Made by a program: the position numbers and the translations under genes. From a phage: DNA of 64,000 bases. The notes beneath the pieces were generated by a model, which saw only the letters and a list, made by a program, of their open reading frames with translations, ran no database searches and was not told where the DNA came from. Where the stretch lies: NCBI GenBank assembly GCA_025823825.1, contig GCA_025823825.1_4720.1; one strand, written 5' to 3'. Positions 40,895 through 51,174 of this stretch are shown piece by piece. Within the stretch, counting starts at the first letter, position 1; each line of letters begins with the position of its first letter.

Positions 40895-40924
40895 TCTAAA
40901 CTCCTAAAATAAATCTCAATGTTC

Positions 40925-41251
40925 TTAATGCAACCGCTTCTCGAAGTCGGTTTTAAGAAGCATCATTCTTTCATCGATAGTATCCAACGCTTTCAGTAAT
41001 GATTTACGTTGTTCTTTCGTAAGCATTTCAGCTCGAAGACGTTCGTTAATTCCCGCTTTAAGCTGTATAGGAAGGGCTTGTGTAAGCACGCTATCAGCTT
41101 CTATCTCGTAACTATTTTTCGGTGGGGGTAATGCTGCAATAACACCAACGAGATAACAACCGACAATAGTTATCCGTTTATCCATTGCTTCTAACAGTTC
41201 AGAACTTACTTCATCCACGATAGTCCTCCGTATTAGGGTGGGCGTACCCAC
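40925..41251 (-). CDS. hypothetical protein (108 aa)
   Basis: Minus-strand ORF. Confidence 0.45.
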   Translation of the reverse strand: MGTPTLIRRTIVDEVSSELLEAMDKRITIVGCYLVGVIAALPPPKNSYEIEADSVLTQALPIQLKAGINERLRAEMLTKEQRKSLLKALDTIDERMMLLKTDFEKRLH

Positions 41252-41265
41252 CCTCAGTTGTTACT

Positions 41266-42285
41266 TTACACCGCCACCTTGGCCTTGATAGCGGGGTGTG
41301 ATTGATATCCGACGAACACAAAGTCTTCGTAACGGTAATCCGTAATACTTTCTGGTTTACGTACGATTGTTAGCTTCGGTAATGGATACGGCTCACGACT
41401 AAGTTGTTCTTTAACCTGTTCGAAATGGTTGTGATAGATATGACAATCTCCACCTGTCCACACGAACTCACCAACGTCCATATTCAACTGCTGGGCAAGC
41501 ATGTGTGTTAACAACGAATATGAGGCGATGTTGAATGGTGTTCCAAGCAGTACGTCCTGCGATCTTGCTAGCAGCATACACGACAAGGCACGTGTTGGTA
41601 CGTTATGCGCATTCAACCAAAGTTCCGTTTCACTGTGTCGTACATCATCCGTAACCCACTGGGTTCTTAATACGTCGTTGCGTTGAACATAATCAACACG
41701 TTCATCGATCGTGAGCTCGTGGGTATAGAACTGATAGAAACTGTGGCATGCGGGAAGCGCCATATCGTCTAAATCACCTACGTTCCATGCGCTAACGATG
41801 ATTCGTCGAGAATCAGGATCTTCTTTAAGCTGGCGCATCACGTTTGCAATCTGATCGTGATGTTTAACATACACGAGGTGTTTTAGCGTACCGTCATTAA
41901 GAATGCCGCAATACTCGTAACCACGCTGCATCAACTCACGAGTACGCTCTGTATCGTGCGGAACAACCACTTTGTAGTCTATCCATTCCCGCCACTGTCT
42001 ACCGTAAATCGGTCCTAGATTCCCTTCTTCGTCAGCCCACTCATTCCAGATACGAACACCGTTATCTTGAAGATACGCAACATTTGTGTCGCCGTTAAGA
42101 AACCAGAGCAGTTCGTGGATAACGCTCTTAAGGTGAATCTTCTTGGTGGTTACCAGAGGGAATCCTTTCTTCAGGTCAAAACGCATTTGACGTCCAAATA
42201 CGGAACGGGTACCGGTACCTGTACGATCGGCTTTATCGCGACCGTTATCCATGATGTCTTGCAAAAGGTCCAAATACTGTTTCAT
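41266..42285 (-). CDS. thyA: thymidylate synthase
   Basis: Motifs [65 protein letters not shown]. Confidence 0.9.
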   Translation of the reverse strand: MKQYLDLLQDIMDNGRDKADRTGTGTRSVFGRQMRFDLKKGFPLVTTKKIHLKSVIHELLWFLNGDTNVAYLQDNGVRIWNEWADEEGNLGPIYGRQWREWIDYKVVVPHDTERTRELMQRGYEYCGILNDGTLKHLVYVKHHDQIANVMRQLKEDPDSRRIIVSAWNVGDLDDMALPACHSFYQFYTHELTIDERVDYVQRNDVLRTQWVTDDVRHSETELWLNAHNVPTRALSCMLLARSQDVLLGTPFNIASYSLLTHMLAQQLNMDVGEFVWTGGDCHIYHNHFEQVKEQLSREPYPLPKLTIVRKPESITDYRYEDFVFVGYQSHPAIKAKVAV

Positions 42286-42485
42286 TTTAATCCTCTAAGT
42301 GTTTCAAGTAGTTCCTGAAATTTGTAACGATATTTAGGATCGCTTAACGTGCAGCAGCAACCATGTAACACGTTATACGCGTAATCGGCTTGTAAACCAC
42401 GAACCTTAGGATCCAATGATAGATTCAATGACGCGCCATCAAAAATCCACGCTTCAATGTTCTTCTTGGATTCCTTCGTTAACAT
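42282..42485 (-). CDS. hypothetical protein (67 aa)
   Basis: Small ORF whose stop overlaps the thyA start. Confidence 0.4.
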   Translation of the reverse strand: MLTKESKKNIEAWIFDGASLNLSLDPKVRGLQADYAYNVLHGCCCTLSDPKYRYKFQELLETLRGLK

Positions 42486-42558
42486 CGTTTCTCACCTCGT
42501 CGTAAAAGTAAATAGAGTTTTGTCGAGACGCCCTAATTACATACAACGTCGGTTATCC

Positions 42559-43539
42559 TCAGTAACAGTTATAATGGGTTCCAAGCCGCTCCGGTTTTCT
42601 CAGAAGACTATCTTTAAGCGGTACGACGTCGATATCAACGTTTTCTGAATAATAACCATTAGAACTACCATACCAACGAATAACAACACATCCTTTTGCT
42701 GTACGAATATGGTAAAATGTCCATCGCGTACGTTTGCAAAAGTCGTCATCCTCGTCTCTTTCCTCGGTTCTTTCTTCAGCGCTAAGTATCTTCTCACCAA
42801 TAATGTCGTTAAGATCGCCATCGATGTCTTCAAGGTACACTTTTTCACAGCAATCTTGCTTATGGCAGAATTCAACAACGTTCCCATCGCCCCGATAGAA
42901 AAGAAGGGCAATGCTGTATTGTAGCTGTTCGGCCGTTAAGTCTGTCGCGCAATACAAACTTTGATCTTCGGTTATCACCAAGACATTGTTGATTACGTGT
43001 CCGGCAAGCGCTCCGATCTTATTTACCGTGATAATCGGACGAACGGGTTCAGGTTGAACGATCGGAATACGAACACAACCAATTAAGGCCATCCGTCCTT
43101 TCTTTGGTCTAACCGCAAGGTAAGGTGATTTTCTTGGGTGGTTATGCAGACGTATTTCTAATTCGTCAAATTTAATCCCGTATATACCTAAGAAACGATC
43201 GAACAACCGATGAAACTCATCTGTTGCTTCTTTCAACGTTATGGTGTCTACCGTGAGTTTATGTCCCCTGAACACCCGGGTTATATCGATAACGTCGAGT
43301 GTTTTAAAATGTATTTCCGTAAGGGGGTGATTTGTATTTTCCAGGTATGTAATGGTTCTTTGAACCGCGATTTTAGGTGACGCACCTTTAAAACGTTTCA
43401 GGTATTTAACACGATAGCGTGTATGATCTGATGTTAACATTTTAATCTCCTCTCCCGACTTCAGAGAATTCTTAAAATCCGTTAGTTTTGATAGATGAGG
43501 TAAGACGGCATAAAAGCCTCCCGTAATGGGAGGCTTCAT
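42559..43539 (-). CDS. hypothetical protein (326 aa)
   Basis: Minus-strand ORF. Confidence 0.5.
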   Translation of the reverse strand: MKPPITGGFYAVLPHLSKLTDFKNSLKSGEEIKMLTSDHTRYRVKYLKRFKGASPKIAVQRTITYLENTNHPLTEIHFKTLDVIDITRVFRGHKLTVDTITLKEATDEFHRLFDRFLGIYGIKFDELEIRLHNHPRKSPYLAVRPKKGRMALIGCVRIPIVQPEPVRPIITVNKIGALAGHVINNVLVITEDQSLYCATDLTAEQLQYSIALLFYRGDGNVVEFCHKQDCCEKVYLEDIDGDLNDIIGEKILSAEERTEERDEDDDFCKRTRWTFYHIRTAKGCVVIRWYGSSNGYYSENVDIDVVPLKDSLLRKPERLGTHYNCY

Positions 43540-43547
43540 TAATCAGC

Positions 43548-44096
43548 TTATTTCACAAGAACAGCGAATTCGAGAACATGAATAGCTTCATCGTCCATCG
43601 GATTTGTCGTGGTATAACCAACGAAGCAATAGCCCATATCCGCGATAAACTCGCTAAGTTTATCGATGACTGATGCCCCGATACGATCGTTAACAGACAG
43701 GCGACATTTACGGGTTATGTTTTGCCCGCGAGGAACGCCAGCTAACACGGATAGGAAATGTACGATCCGGTTATTGGTTGCGAACTGCTTGAAATCATCG
43801 TAGTGCTTAAGGTCTTTCATCGCAGACTCTACCGTCATACGACGACCAGGCGACACATACTCAGAATAAGAATAAGCTGCAATCGTGCGGCGGTCTTCAG
43901 TGAGGTAAGTATTCCCTTCGGGATGATAACTCTCGACTGTTCCGTCTTCATAGGTGACGGTCACAACAGGTGCACCGTACTCGTCGCGACCGAAATCAAT
44001 TTTACATTTATCCGAAAGCGGTAGAACCGTGCAAGGTTTTGCGTTGTTCTCATCAGGGAGATCGTAACCACTCATCATTTTCAAGAACATAGACAT
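43548..44096 (-). CDS. hypothetical protein, paralogue family member A (NNAKP N-terminus)
   Basis: Shares DxNNAKPxT N-terminal block and C-terminal ...EFAVLVK-type block with 44183..44716 and 44793..45125. Confidence 0.5.
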   Translation of the reverse strand: MSMFLKMMSGYDLPDENNAKPCTVLPLSDKCKIDFGRDEYGAPVVTVTYEDGTVESYHPEGNTYLTEDRRTIAAYSYSEYVSPGRRMTVESAMKDLKHYDDFKQFATNNRIVHFLSVLAGVPRGQNITRKCRLSVNDRIGASVIDKLSEFIADMGYCFVGYTTTNPMDDEAIHVLEFAVLVK

Positions 44097-44182
44097 AATA
44101 GAACCTCATGATAATAGATAATAGAAATGATAGATAGTACAACAAATTGAGGGGGTATTATCCCACCCCCTCGCAGGGATTA

Positions 44183-44716
44183 CTACTTAACGACCACGAT
44201 GATTTTGCCACCCGCACCGGCGTAATATGCCGTTAATTCACCAGTAAACAACTCTTGTAAAAGACGATTTACGTTACTAACAAAGTTAGGATTGTCTGAT
44301 TTTACAAACTCGATATTGCGCGTTTGTTTTATATCACGATCGATTAAGCGTATTTCCAACAACGCACAAATAAGGCGATCGTCAAGTTTACCACTTGCAT
44401 CCAGCACTTCTCCATACTTCGTAGCACGGACGTCTGCATACATACGGTCAACATCATCCTTCCCAAAACCACAGGAATAGGCGTACGTTGCGATGGTATT
44501 ACCATTGTCCATCACATAAACGTTACCGCCTGGGTAATCGATGAATCGTTGATCCTTATCACCATGAGCGACGAACTCCAGTGTCGGTCTACCTAGTGAA
44601 TCGCGATTGAATTCGATTGTGGTCAAACGGTCAGGCACCACATGCAATGTAAACGGTTTCGCATTGTTACGATCGCTAGTATCGCAGTTAGCCATTACTT
44701 TTACAATAACACTCAT
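44183..44716 (-). CDS. hypothetical protein, paralogue family member B
   Basis: MSVIVKVMANCDTSDRNNAKPFTL... ending ...GKIIVVVK. Confidence 0.5.
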   Translation of the reverse strand: MSVIVKVMANCDTSDRNNAKPFTLHVVPDRLTTIEFNRDSLGRPTLEFVAHGDKDQRFIDYPGGNVYVMDNGNTIATYAYSCGFGKDDVDRMYADVRATKYGEVLDASGKLDDRLICALLEIRLIDRDIKQTRNIEFVKSDNPNFVSNVNRLLQELFTGELTAYYAGAGGKIIVVVK

Positions 44717-44792
44717 GTTTATTCCTTAGTAGTCCTAGTAGTAGTAGTATTGAGGAATTTCACCTCATTAGATAATCAACTTTGGTAATGTT

Positions 44793-45125
44793 TTACTGAA
44801 ACAAGACATTAAATTCGACGAGATACCCATCGGATCTATCACCACGATATCTGTTGCAGAAAACACCGAATTTCATCAAGAACTCACATAACTCTTCGGC
44901 TTTGTATAGCGGAATACGATTTTCGTCGAGCAGGGGGCACTTATGGCTAACCCGCTCCGACGAATCAACGCAACACAAATAAAGAAGGAATCGAACAATA
45001 GCTCGGTTCTTAGTGAAGCTCTCGAATTCACCTGCAGTTCTGAACTCATCGAGGAGCTTTGTCGTTTTCTTCAATCGTTCACGATCGAGCATGTTAACCC
45101 CAATACGAGCATAACCCTCCTCCAA
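44793..45125 (-). CDS. hypothetical protein, paralogue family member C (C-terminal module only)
   Basis: NRAIVRFLLYLCCVDSSERVSHKCPLLDENRI...GYLVEFNVLFQ aligns with the C-terminus of 43548..44096; start uncertain. Confidence 0.45.
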   Translation of the reverse strand: MEEGYARIGVNMLDRERLKKTTKLLDEFRTAGEFESFTKNRAIVRFLLYLCCVDSSERVSHKCPLLDENRIPLYKAEELCEFLMKFGVFCNRYRGDRSDGYLVEFNVLFQ

Positions 45126-45155
45126 CCCATCAGGGAAGGAGGAGGGAATATGCTG

Positions 45156-45470
45156 TTATTCTGTTTTCGGTGTTGAACCGTTCTTCTTGAAGTCGGATTC
45201 GTATTTCACGTTAGAATCGAGAACCTCACGAACGGTTTTATCCGTACAACCACGAGCGATGTATGCATTAAGATCATCACGTAATTTACGCATCGTTGTT
45301 TTATCCGCATCAGAAACATCTGACTTGGTAAGACGGAATGCGATTGCATCGCGAATTTTATTCAACGTTGCTGGGTTATTACGCTGTTCTGCAAATACCG
45401 CTTTGATGAATGTACCGCTATCTTTCGAAGCGACAGCTGCATCAAGAATCTCAATATGCTTTTCAGACAT
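45156..45470 (-). CDS. hypothetical protein (104 aa)
   Basis: Minus-strand ORF. Confidence 0.45.
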   Translation of the reverse strand: MSEKHIEILDAAVASKDSGTFIKAVFAEQRNNPATLNKIRDAIAFRLTKSDVSDADKTTMRKLRDDLNAYIARGCTDKTVREVLDSNVKYESDFKKNGSTPKTE

Positions 45471-45521
45471 CTTCTTTCCTTTAATAAACGATCATCGTCA
45501 TATTCATTGCGCAGGATGCTA

Positions 45522-46775
45522 TCACTTCAGAAGCTTAGACACCGCCATGCTTCGCGCCATCGCAACGTCATACGCATCCATGATCGCGTCACCGATAGCG
45601 GTATGACGGATCAACGGAATACCCATGTCTGGATACTCTTTGGTGCCTAAGATGGATACCGGTTTGTCTTGATACGCGGCAATCATCGAACGAATATCCT
45701 GAATCTGGTTATAACGGCAGATTGGTTTGAAGCCTGCCTTACGGAACCAATGTTCTAATTGAGGCCAATCTGTTTCACCACGAGCAAGATAATAGAAGGT
45801 ATCCTTACCGTAGTATTCGGTCATCTCATCACGGATATTGTTAACAAATGCATTTACTGTAGCAATGGCTTCTTTATAGTCCATCACTCCGTCATGCTGA
45901 AAACAATAGTCACGCGCTTCCTTCGGTGCTTTGGTTTGCCACCATTCTACCGTGGACTTACTAATATCACCGCCATCAGCGATTTGACCATAAACGTCGG
46001 GGAAGATATCAATACGTGGGCCGTTAATAACAGATTCTGGATTGACTAGATCGAAGAACAAGATACCGATTTCCAGCAGTACCCCGTTCTTTTCCAGACT
46101 GAGATTCTCCACATCCAGGCAAAACGCAGGTTTCTCTACCGTTGAAAAATCAAAATATTCTTCGAGACGCGGCGTTGGTTCAGCAGCGAGAAACGTCTCA
46201 TGAATGAACTGGGCGAATGTCTTATTCATTGCTACTAAGTCAATACCCAATTTACTTAGCAGAGGTATAATTGCGGGGTCATTCTGCTGTATTACCACAC
46301 ACTCTTGGTTTTTGATACAACGACCAAGTGAGTAAAAAAGATGAACGATGTCTAACGGTTTGTACGGGGCCTCAAATGTTGTTCCCTGGAACGACTGAGC
46401 TAGCACTTTATGTGTTTCTTCACGATGATCTATCAGTTGGAAAATAGCACAGCGCAGATAATGCCGTAATGTTATCTCGTGAAGGTGTGATGTATCTTCC
46501 TGAAATAACGTCATGAAACCGTGATACGTATAATACGCACCTCTTCGAATTTCTTCGAGGAGTTCTTTGTCCCCATTTGTTTCCTCCGATGTTATCGGTT
46601 CCATTTGATCGAGGATAGTGCTGAGAAGGTCACTGCCGTGTACCTTAAACAGTTTTTCAACGTCAAGATTAGGTAATGTCGCGATTGCTGCGTACATTAA
46701 TGTTTCTGCGGGATTAAGTTCTTTATTGTCAATTGTGATGGTTAAAGCCATTTTATTATACCTCATCGAAATCAA
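45522..46775 (-). CDS. protein with C-terminal DnaQ-like 3'-5' exonuclease domain
   Basis: Candidate exo motif I CLDVENLSL and motif III RHTAIGDAIMDAYDV; N-terminal ~200 aa unknown. Confidence 0.45.
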   Translation of the reverse strand: MISMRYNKMALTITIDNKELNPAETLMYAAIATLPNLDVEKLFKVHGSDLLSTILDQMEPITSEETNGDKELLEEIRRGAYYTYHGFMTLFQEDTSHLHEITLRHYLRCAIFQLIDHREETHKVLAQSFQGTTFEAPYKPLDIVHLFYSLGRCIKNQECVVIQQNDPAIIPLLSKLGIDLVAMNKTFAQFIHETFLAAEPTPRLEEYFDFSTVEKPAFCLDVENLSLEKNGVLLEIGILFFDLVNPESVINGPRIDIFPDVYGQIADGGDISKSTVEWWQTKAPKEARDYCFQHDGVMDYKEAIATVNAFVNNIRDEMTEYYGKDTFYYLARGETDWPQLEHWFRKAGFKPICRYNQIQDIRSMIAAYQDKPVSILGTKEYPDMGIPLIRHTAIGDAIMDAYDVAMARSMAVSKLLK

Positions 46776-46776
46776 A

Positions 46777-47118
46777 TTAGTTCAGTTCTGGTTTATCAGC
46801 AACCAGACCAAGTCCAGTCAATATCACGTAGTCGTACCAAGCTTTTACTTTTGCTTTCGCTTCACCTAAACTATCTGCGTTGATGTGCGAAAACTCATCG
46901 TTGACTGGGAAAGGTAAATCGCAGTCATAGCTGGTATAATCCTTCCAACCTTTCCATTCGATAGTTAGAGAACCAAAAACGGTCTCAGCGACAACATGGT
47001 TATAGCGACAGTTTTCACATGGCGCGCGCTCTTCCGACCAAACAAGCTCGTGTTGCGCTAAAAGTTGTTGTACGACCGATAACGGCTGCTCTTCATTAAG
47101 TTCGATACTGTCTATCAT
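46777..47118 (-). CDS. hypothetical protein (113 aa)
   Basis: Minus-strand ORF. Confidence 0.45.
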   Translation of the reverse strand: MIDSIELNEEQPLSVVQQLLAQHELVWSEERAPCENCRYNHVVAETVFGSLTIEWKGWKDYTSYDCDLPFPVNDEFSHINADSLGEAKAKVKAWYDYVILTGLGLVADKPELN

Positions 47119-47711
47119 CGAATACTCTCCTTTTCCTTATCGTAATCGCTGCAAATATTGACAAACGCCGTATTATCAGACAGCCTGCTGACCATCTGAC
47201 GGATTGCGTCCAACGGTTCAAGTTTAGGATTGATTGATTCACCGGTCAACGCGCTTATTGCTCGTGTGATCTCAACCAAATCAACGTTCGGGTCGTTGTC
47301 ATCAATAATGAGCAGACTCTTCGCCGGTTTCTGACGACGTTTGATAATTAACAAATACGTGATGAGGTTCTCACGCCAAGCATCAGAATCCAGATTGCGT
47401 ATCAGGGTTAACGCACGACGCTCTTCCGCCCATGATGGTTTCTCACGGATAACAGGCATGTAAGATAATTGCTCAGCAAGCCCTTTCAAGCTGACACGGT
47501 TGGTGCCGCCAGGATGCTCGCTAATCCGCAACATCTCGGTTAACAGACGGACATAGGCGGCTGTTGTAGAAACACCCCTCAGCGGCAGGAACACATTATG
47601 TCCTGGAACCCCATCGTGACTCAGCGGTGCGATATACGCCATGAATTGCCGAATATCATCGTCGCTCTGTTCTCCAGCAACGAACTTAAACGCTTCACGT
47701 AAAACGCTCAC
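47115..47711 (-). CDS. hypothetical protein (198 aa)
   Basis: Minus-strand ORF. Confidence 0.5.
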   Translation of the reverse strand: MSVLREAFKFVAGEQSDDDIRQFMAYIAPLSHDGVPGHNVFLPLRGVSTTAAYVRLLTEMLRISEHPGGTNRVSLKGLAEQLSYMPVIREKPSWAEERRALTLIRNLDSDAWRENLITYLLIIKRRQKPAKSLLIIDDNDPNVDLVEITRAISALTGESINPKLEPLDAIRQMVSRLSDNTAFVNICSDYDKEKESIR

Positions 47712-47997
47712 TATGACGTCTCCTTAATGTTTCTTGCATACGTAGTCTCTCCGGCAGGTACAGACGTTTGTATAGATCAATTAACAGATAACGCATAACG
47801 GAAGCAACCACCAGGTATTCACCTTCAGCTTCCGAATAACGTATCATGTTAATTGGGTAGTTCAAATAAGAATAAGAAAAGAGATCATCGTTGGTAAGGT
47901 GATGATCTTCAAGATACTGACGAAACAATTTTGCTAAGGCATCGTACTCCATTCCGTAGTAACACAACGACACCTGTCTTGCAGATAGTCGTTTCAT
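47695..47997 (-). CDS. hypothetical protein (100 aa)
   Basis: Minus-strand ORF. Confidence 0.4.
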   Translation of the reverse strand: MKRLSARQVSLCYYGMEYDALAKLFRQYLEDHHLTNDDLFSYSYLNYPINMIRYSEAEGEYLVVASVMRYLLIDLYKRLYLPERLRMQETLRRRHSERFT

Positions 47998-48836
47998 GCT
48001 GGGTTACCTTTTAGTTTTCCACGTATCATGTCGACAACGCGTGAGGGATCAGAAATAACATTGGCGATAAGATGATCGATAGGTAGGTCGAGAATGATAT
48101 TCTTCAGCTGGAAAGCCGTATCTTTACGACGCACGCCGTAGAACACGCCATCTTTAAACACAACCTCGTACGAAATGGGGAGCTGGCTAATAACCGTGTT
48201 AGCGTAATCACCCAACCACATCGACCCCGCCATCAGATGCGCACAAACCGCATGACTAATACGCACATCTTTGTTCTTCCGGCTAACGTCTTTGGTTTTC
48301 GACATGGTAACCAGAAGCTCACCGATCTTACTCAGCATATCGTCGTATACCCCAAAGAACTTAATCAGTTGTCGGGCACCTAACGATATATATGTTTCTC
48401 GTGGTAAGACACAACACACCTGCGGTAACGTTCCAACCCCATAGACACAACTGTGTGGTGATAATGGAAGCAAATCAGCAACCGCGTTCTTGATGTTGTT
48501 ATACTCAACGATATCGTTGAACGGTGAAAGACCTTTCGTAATCGGTTTATCAATCGCCACATCGAACTCCGCGAACGTCCATGCTGCTTTACGTGGTTCC
48601 CCTTTCTGGTACGGTGGAGCCAGTACCGCGACAACACGAAGTCGATGTTCATGGGTATCACGTAGCTTAAGTTGGATACCCTCACCATCACCCTCACGCA
48701 CAAGTGAGTAGCGGCTTGCGCAGTCATCACATACCACCGTTGGTTCGTGTTGACCGTATGCTGCAAGCATCGGTTTACTAAGATCTTTATCACAGTGTTT
48801 ACAGCGATGATCCTGTTCCTGATAACTGATTTTCAC
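47994..48836 (-). CDS. hypothetical protein with N-terminal Cys4 zinc-ribbon-like motif
   Basis: CKHCDK...(17 aa)...CDDC near N-terminus. Confidence 0.5.
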   Translation of the reverse strand: MKISYQEQDHRCKHCDKDLSKPMLAAYGQHEPTVVCDDCASRYSLVREGDGEGIQLKLRDTHEHRLRVVAVLAPPYQKGEPRKAAWTFAEFDVAIDKPITKGLSPFNDIVEYNNIKNAVADLLPLSPHSCVYGVGTLPQVCCVLPRETYISLGARQLIKFFGVYDDMLSKIGELLVTMSKTKDVSRKNKDVRISHAVCAHLMAGSMWLGDYANTVISQLPISYEVVFKDGVFYGVRRKDTAFQLKNIILDLPIDHLIANVISDPSRVVDMIRGKLKGNPA

Positions 48837-48851
48837 ACCGAGACCCCTTTG

Positions 48852-49808
48852 TTAATGCAAGACACGATCTGCTGGAATTATCGAGGCATTGCTGTCGGAC
48901 AGATCCGTCGCTTTACGATCAGGACTGAATCGACGCGCGTTCTCTTCATGGTGGTTGACGGGATTATCCTGTTTTAGCAGTTCCATTGCCTCATCAAACG
49001 TTAGTTCCCGAAATCCTCTTGGGTAGAGGAACAAGGGTTCATCAACATCCAACCCTTTAACAAACCCGTGCGACAACCAGACGCTGCCATCAGCACTGTA
49101 AAGAACCGGCTCAACGTCATAATCCAAGACGTATTGATACCAATAATTAAACAGTTGAGCAATCCACCGATTACGTAATAAGTAATCGATCATAACCGCA
49201 CTACGCACGCTGTGGCACCAGCCGATCTTACCATCAACTTTCTGCAACAACGTACCCTCATTTGCTTGATGAATAACCGCATTAAATAACCACGCAAGAT
49301 CGGTTGCGAAAAGTGCTGCTTCTTGAATATCGCTAATGTAACGCACGGGTATCGTCAGATGCGTGCGGTAATGCGACATCGCCTCTTCGTAGTTGTCTCC
49401 TTCGATACAGAGAGTCCCGTTTGGTGACAGATGCCCCTGATTCAACGACTGACCAATATAAAGATCAGCGATCGCGTTAATATGTTCGACGGTACCCAAG
49501 GTTAACTCAGACATAAAACAATCGACATCAACAGCCATCGATGTACTGGAAACAAACGGATTGGCTGGGCGAGTTGTATTAGAGAAAATAATCGACCAAA
49601 TCGCTTCGTGTTTTTCATCCGATGGCAAAAACGAAATATGGCGTTCTGCGCTATTATCGACAACAAATACCTTTACGGTTTTCAAACAGCTAGTACAAAC
49701 ATAGCAGGTGTTCGGCAGCGGCATATCCGAAAACATATCGTAACGAATCGATGCCAGCGAAATGTCATGTCCGCAATGAGGGCATGTCGTATCAATAAGC
49801 GTTTTCAT
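48852..49808 (-). CDS. hypothetical protein with N-terminal Cys4 zinc-ribbon-like motif
   Basis: CPHCGH...(24 aa)...CYVCTSC near N-terminus. Confidence 0.5.
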   Translation of the reverse strand: MKTLIDTTCPHCGHDISLASIRYDMFSDMPLPNTCYVCTSCLKTVKVFVVDNSAERHISFLPSDEKHEAIWSIIFSNTTRPANPFVSSTSMAVDVDCFMSELTLGTVEHINAIADLYIGQSLNQGHLSPNGTLCIEGDNYEEAMSHYRTHLTIPVRYISDIQEAALFATDLAWLFNAVIHQANEGTLLQKVDGKIGWCHSVRSAVMIDYLLRNRWIAQLFNYWYQYVLDYDVEPVLYSADGSVWLSHGFVKGLDVDEPLFLYPRGFRELTFDEAMELLKQDNPVNHHEENARRFSPDRKATDLSDSNASIIPADRVLH

Positions 49809-50071
49809 TATTGAATTCCTTTTGATAAGAATAACTGAATATCGGTAAACTGTTCTTCAGGAACATCGTCAGCGGCCGTTAGAACCTTAGGACCGTGTTC
49901 ATTGAGGTAAGCTTCCCGTAGACAATGATGACGTCGATTGGCTTCCTGGAACTCAGTGTCCGTCATGTAAACCAGCGTAAACTTCGAACGTTTATTCGGA
50001 TTATATCTCTTATTACGTTTCTTTGGTTTCTTCGCCATAATAGCCTCGTGAAGGTGGATGGATACACCCAT
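49808..50071 (-). CDS. hypothetical protein (87 aa), basic
   Basis: Minus-strand ORF. Confidence 0.4.
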   Translation of the reverse strand: MGVSIHLHEAIMAKKPKKRNKRYNPNKRSKFTLVYMTDTEFQEANRRHHCLREAYLNEHGPKVLTAADDVPEEQFTDIQLFLSKGIQ

Positions 50072-50086
50072 CCACCTTCCTCCATG

Positions 50087-50608
50087 TTAAAGTGTGTTCA
50101 ATTCTTCAGGCGTACGTACAGTACGCGTGTTGGGATCAACCATTGCTGGCACGCCCGCTGGGCATTTACGGACATCAATCCGCATCTCCGGTTCGATCGG
50201 ACGAACGCGATACGTTTTGCCATCGTCGGTTAACACCGAAATGGTCAACGCCTGATTCAATTCACTAACGAAGTTCACCAAACGCTGTTGTCCACCCTTC
50301 GACCAGAAGTTAAGATCGGTTTCTCCATTGAAATAACTGATTCCATCAGCGGTTCCAATCGTGATTTTAACGATACCCGGATAGTCACGAAGAAGAGGTG
50401 CCTGATAACCTTCATCTTCCGTATCCAGTTTTACCCACGCGCCTCCCGTAGACAAACAGTTAACTTCCAAGGCGGTTGGTGCGCTGACTTCCGCCGATGA
50501 CCAGGTATACATCGTGCCTAGTTTAGCGTGTCCGGTTTCCAGCTCGCTGTAATCCCAAGCATGTGCTGATGCCGTAATAAATAAAGCCGCAAGAAACAAC
50601 TTTTTCAT
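50087..50608 (-). CDS. secreted protein (signal peptide)
   Basis: MKKLFLAALFITASAHA signal-peptide-like N-terminus. Confidence 0.5.
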   Translation of the reverse strand: MKKLFLAALFITASAHAWDYSELETGHAKLGTMYTWSSAEVSAPTALEVNCLSTGGAWVKLDTEDEGYQAPLLRDYPGIVKITIGTADGISYFNGETDLNFWSKGGQQRLVNFVSELNQALTISVLTDDGKTYRVRPIEPEMRIDVRKCPAGVPAMVDPNTRTVRTPEELNTL

Positions 50609-50663
50609 TCTTTTCGATTCCTATTAAAAGTGACCGATTTCTGTGGTCGAGATTGCTAATAAA

Positions 50664-51125
50664 TTAATTCCGGTTTTGTTTCCGTATTGCACGGTTACGT
50701 TTACGTTCTTGGTCTTTGACTGCACCAAGAAACTTCTTTAATTCCGACGGTTCGAGCGTACCCTCACGTACCACACCGTTTTGTTCGATATGGTACGACC
50801 AATAACCAACTTCAGCCGTTAAGGATAACGTTGTCGGTTGCTCATCAGGTAACGATCGGGGTGAGAAAATAAAGAGTAATTCAAAAGGCGTTTCTCGGCT
50901 GATGGTGGGACGGATACTCACGTCAAGCCCCTCCCATCGCTGAGGTTTAAATATTCCTCCAGCGGCGACGATTGTCTCCGAGCGCTGGTCTACAAGCTCG
51001 GCTAATTCACGATCGTCATTGAAATAAATATCGTGAAGGATATCCGTATCGATAAAAAACCCGCGATCCGAATCGTGACGAACAATGGAATTCTTCATTC
51101 TAACGCCTTTGTTGTTTGTTTTCAT
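50664..51125 (-). CDS. hypothetical protein (153 aa)
   Basis: Minus-strand ORF. Confidence 0.45.
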   Translation of the reverse strand: MKTNNKGVRMKNSIVRHDSDRGFFIDTDILHDIYFNDDRELAELVDQRSETIVAAGGIFKPQRWEGLDVSIRPTISRETPFELLFIFSPRSLPDEQPTTLSLTAEVGYWSYHIEQNGVVREGTLEPSELKKFLGAVKDQERKRNRAIRKQNRN

Positions 51126-51174
51126 GTCCTATACGAACATGAAAAACCGTTAATTTTTACCATAGCCGCGTGCG

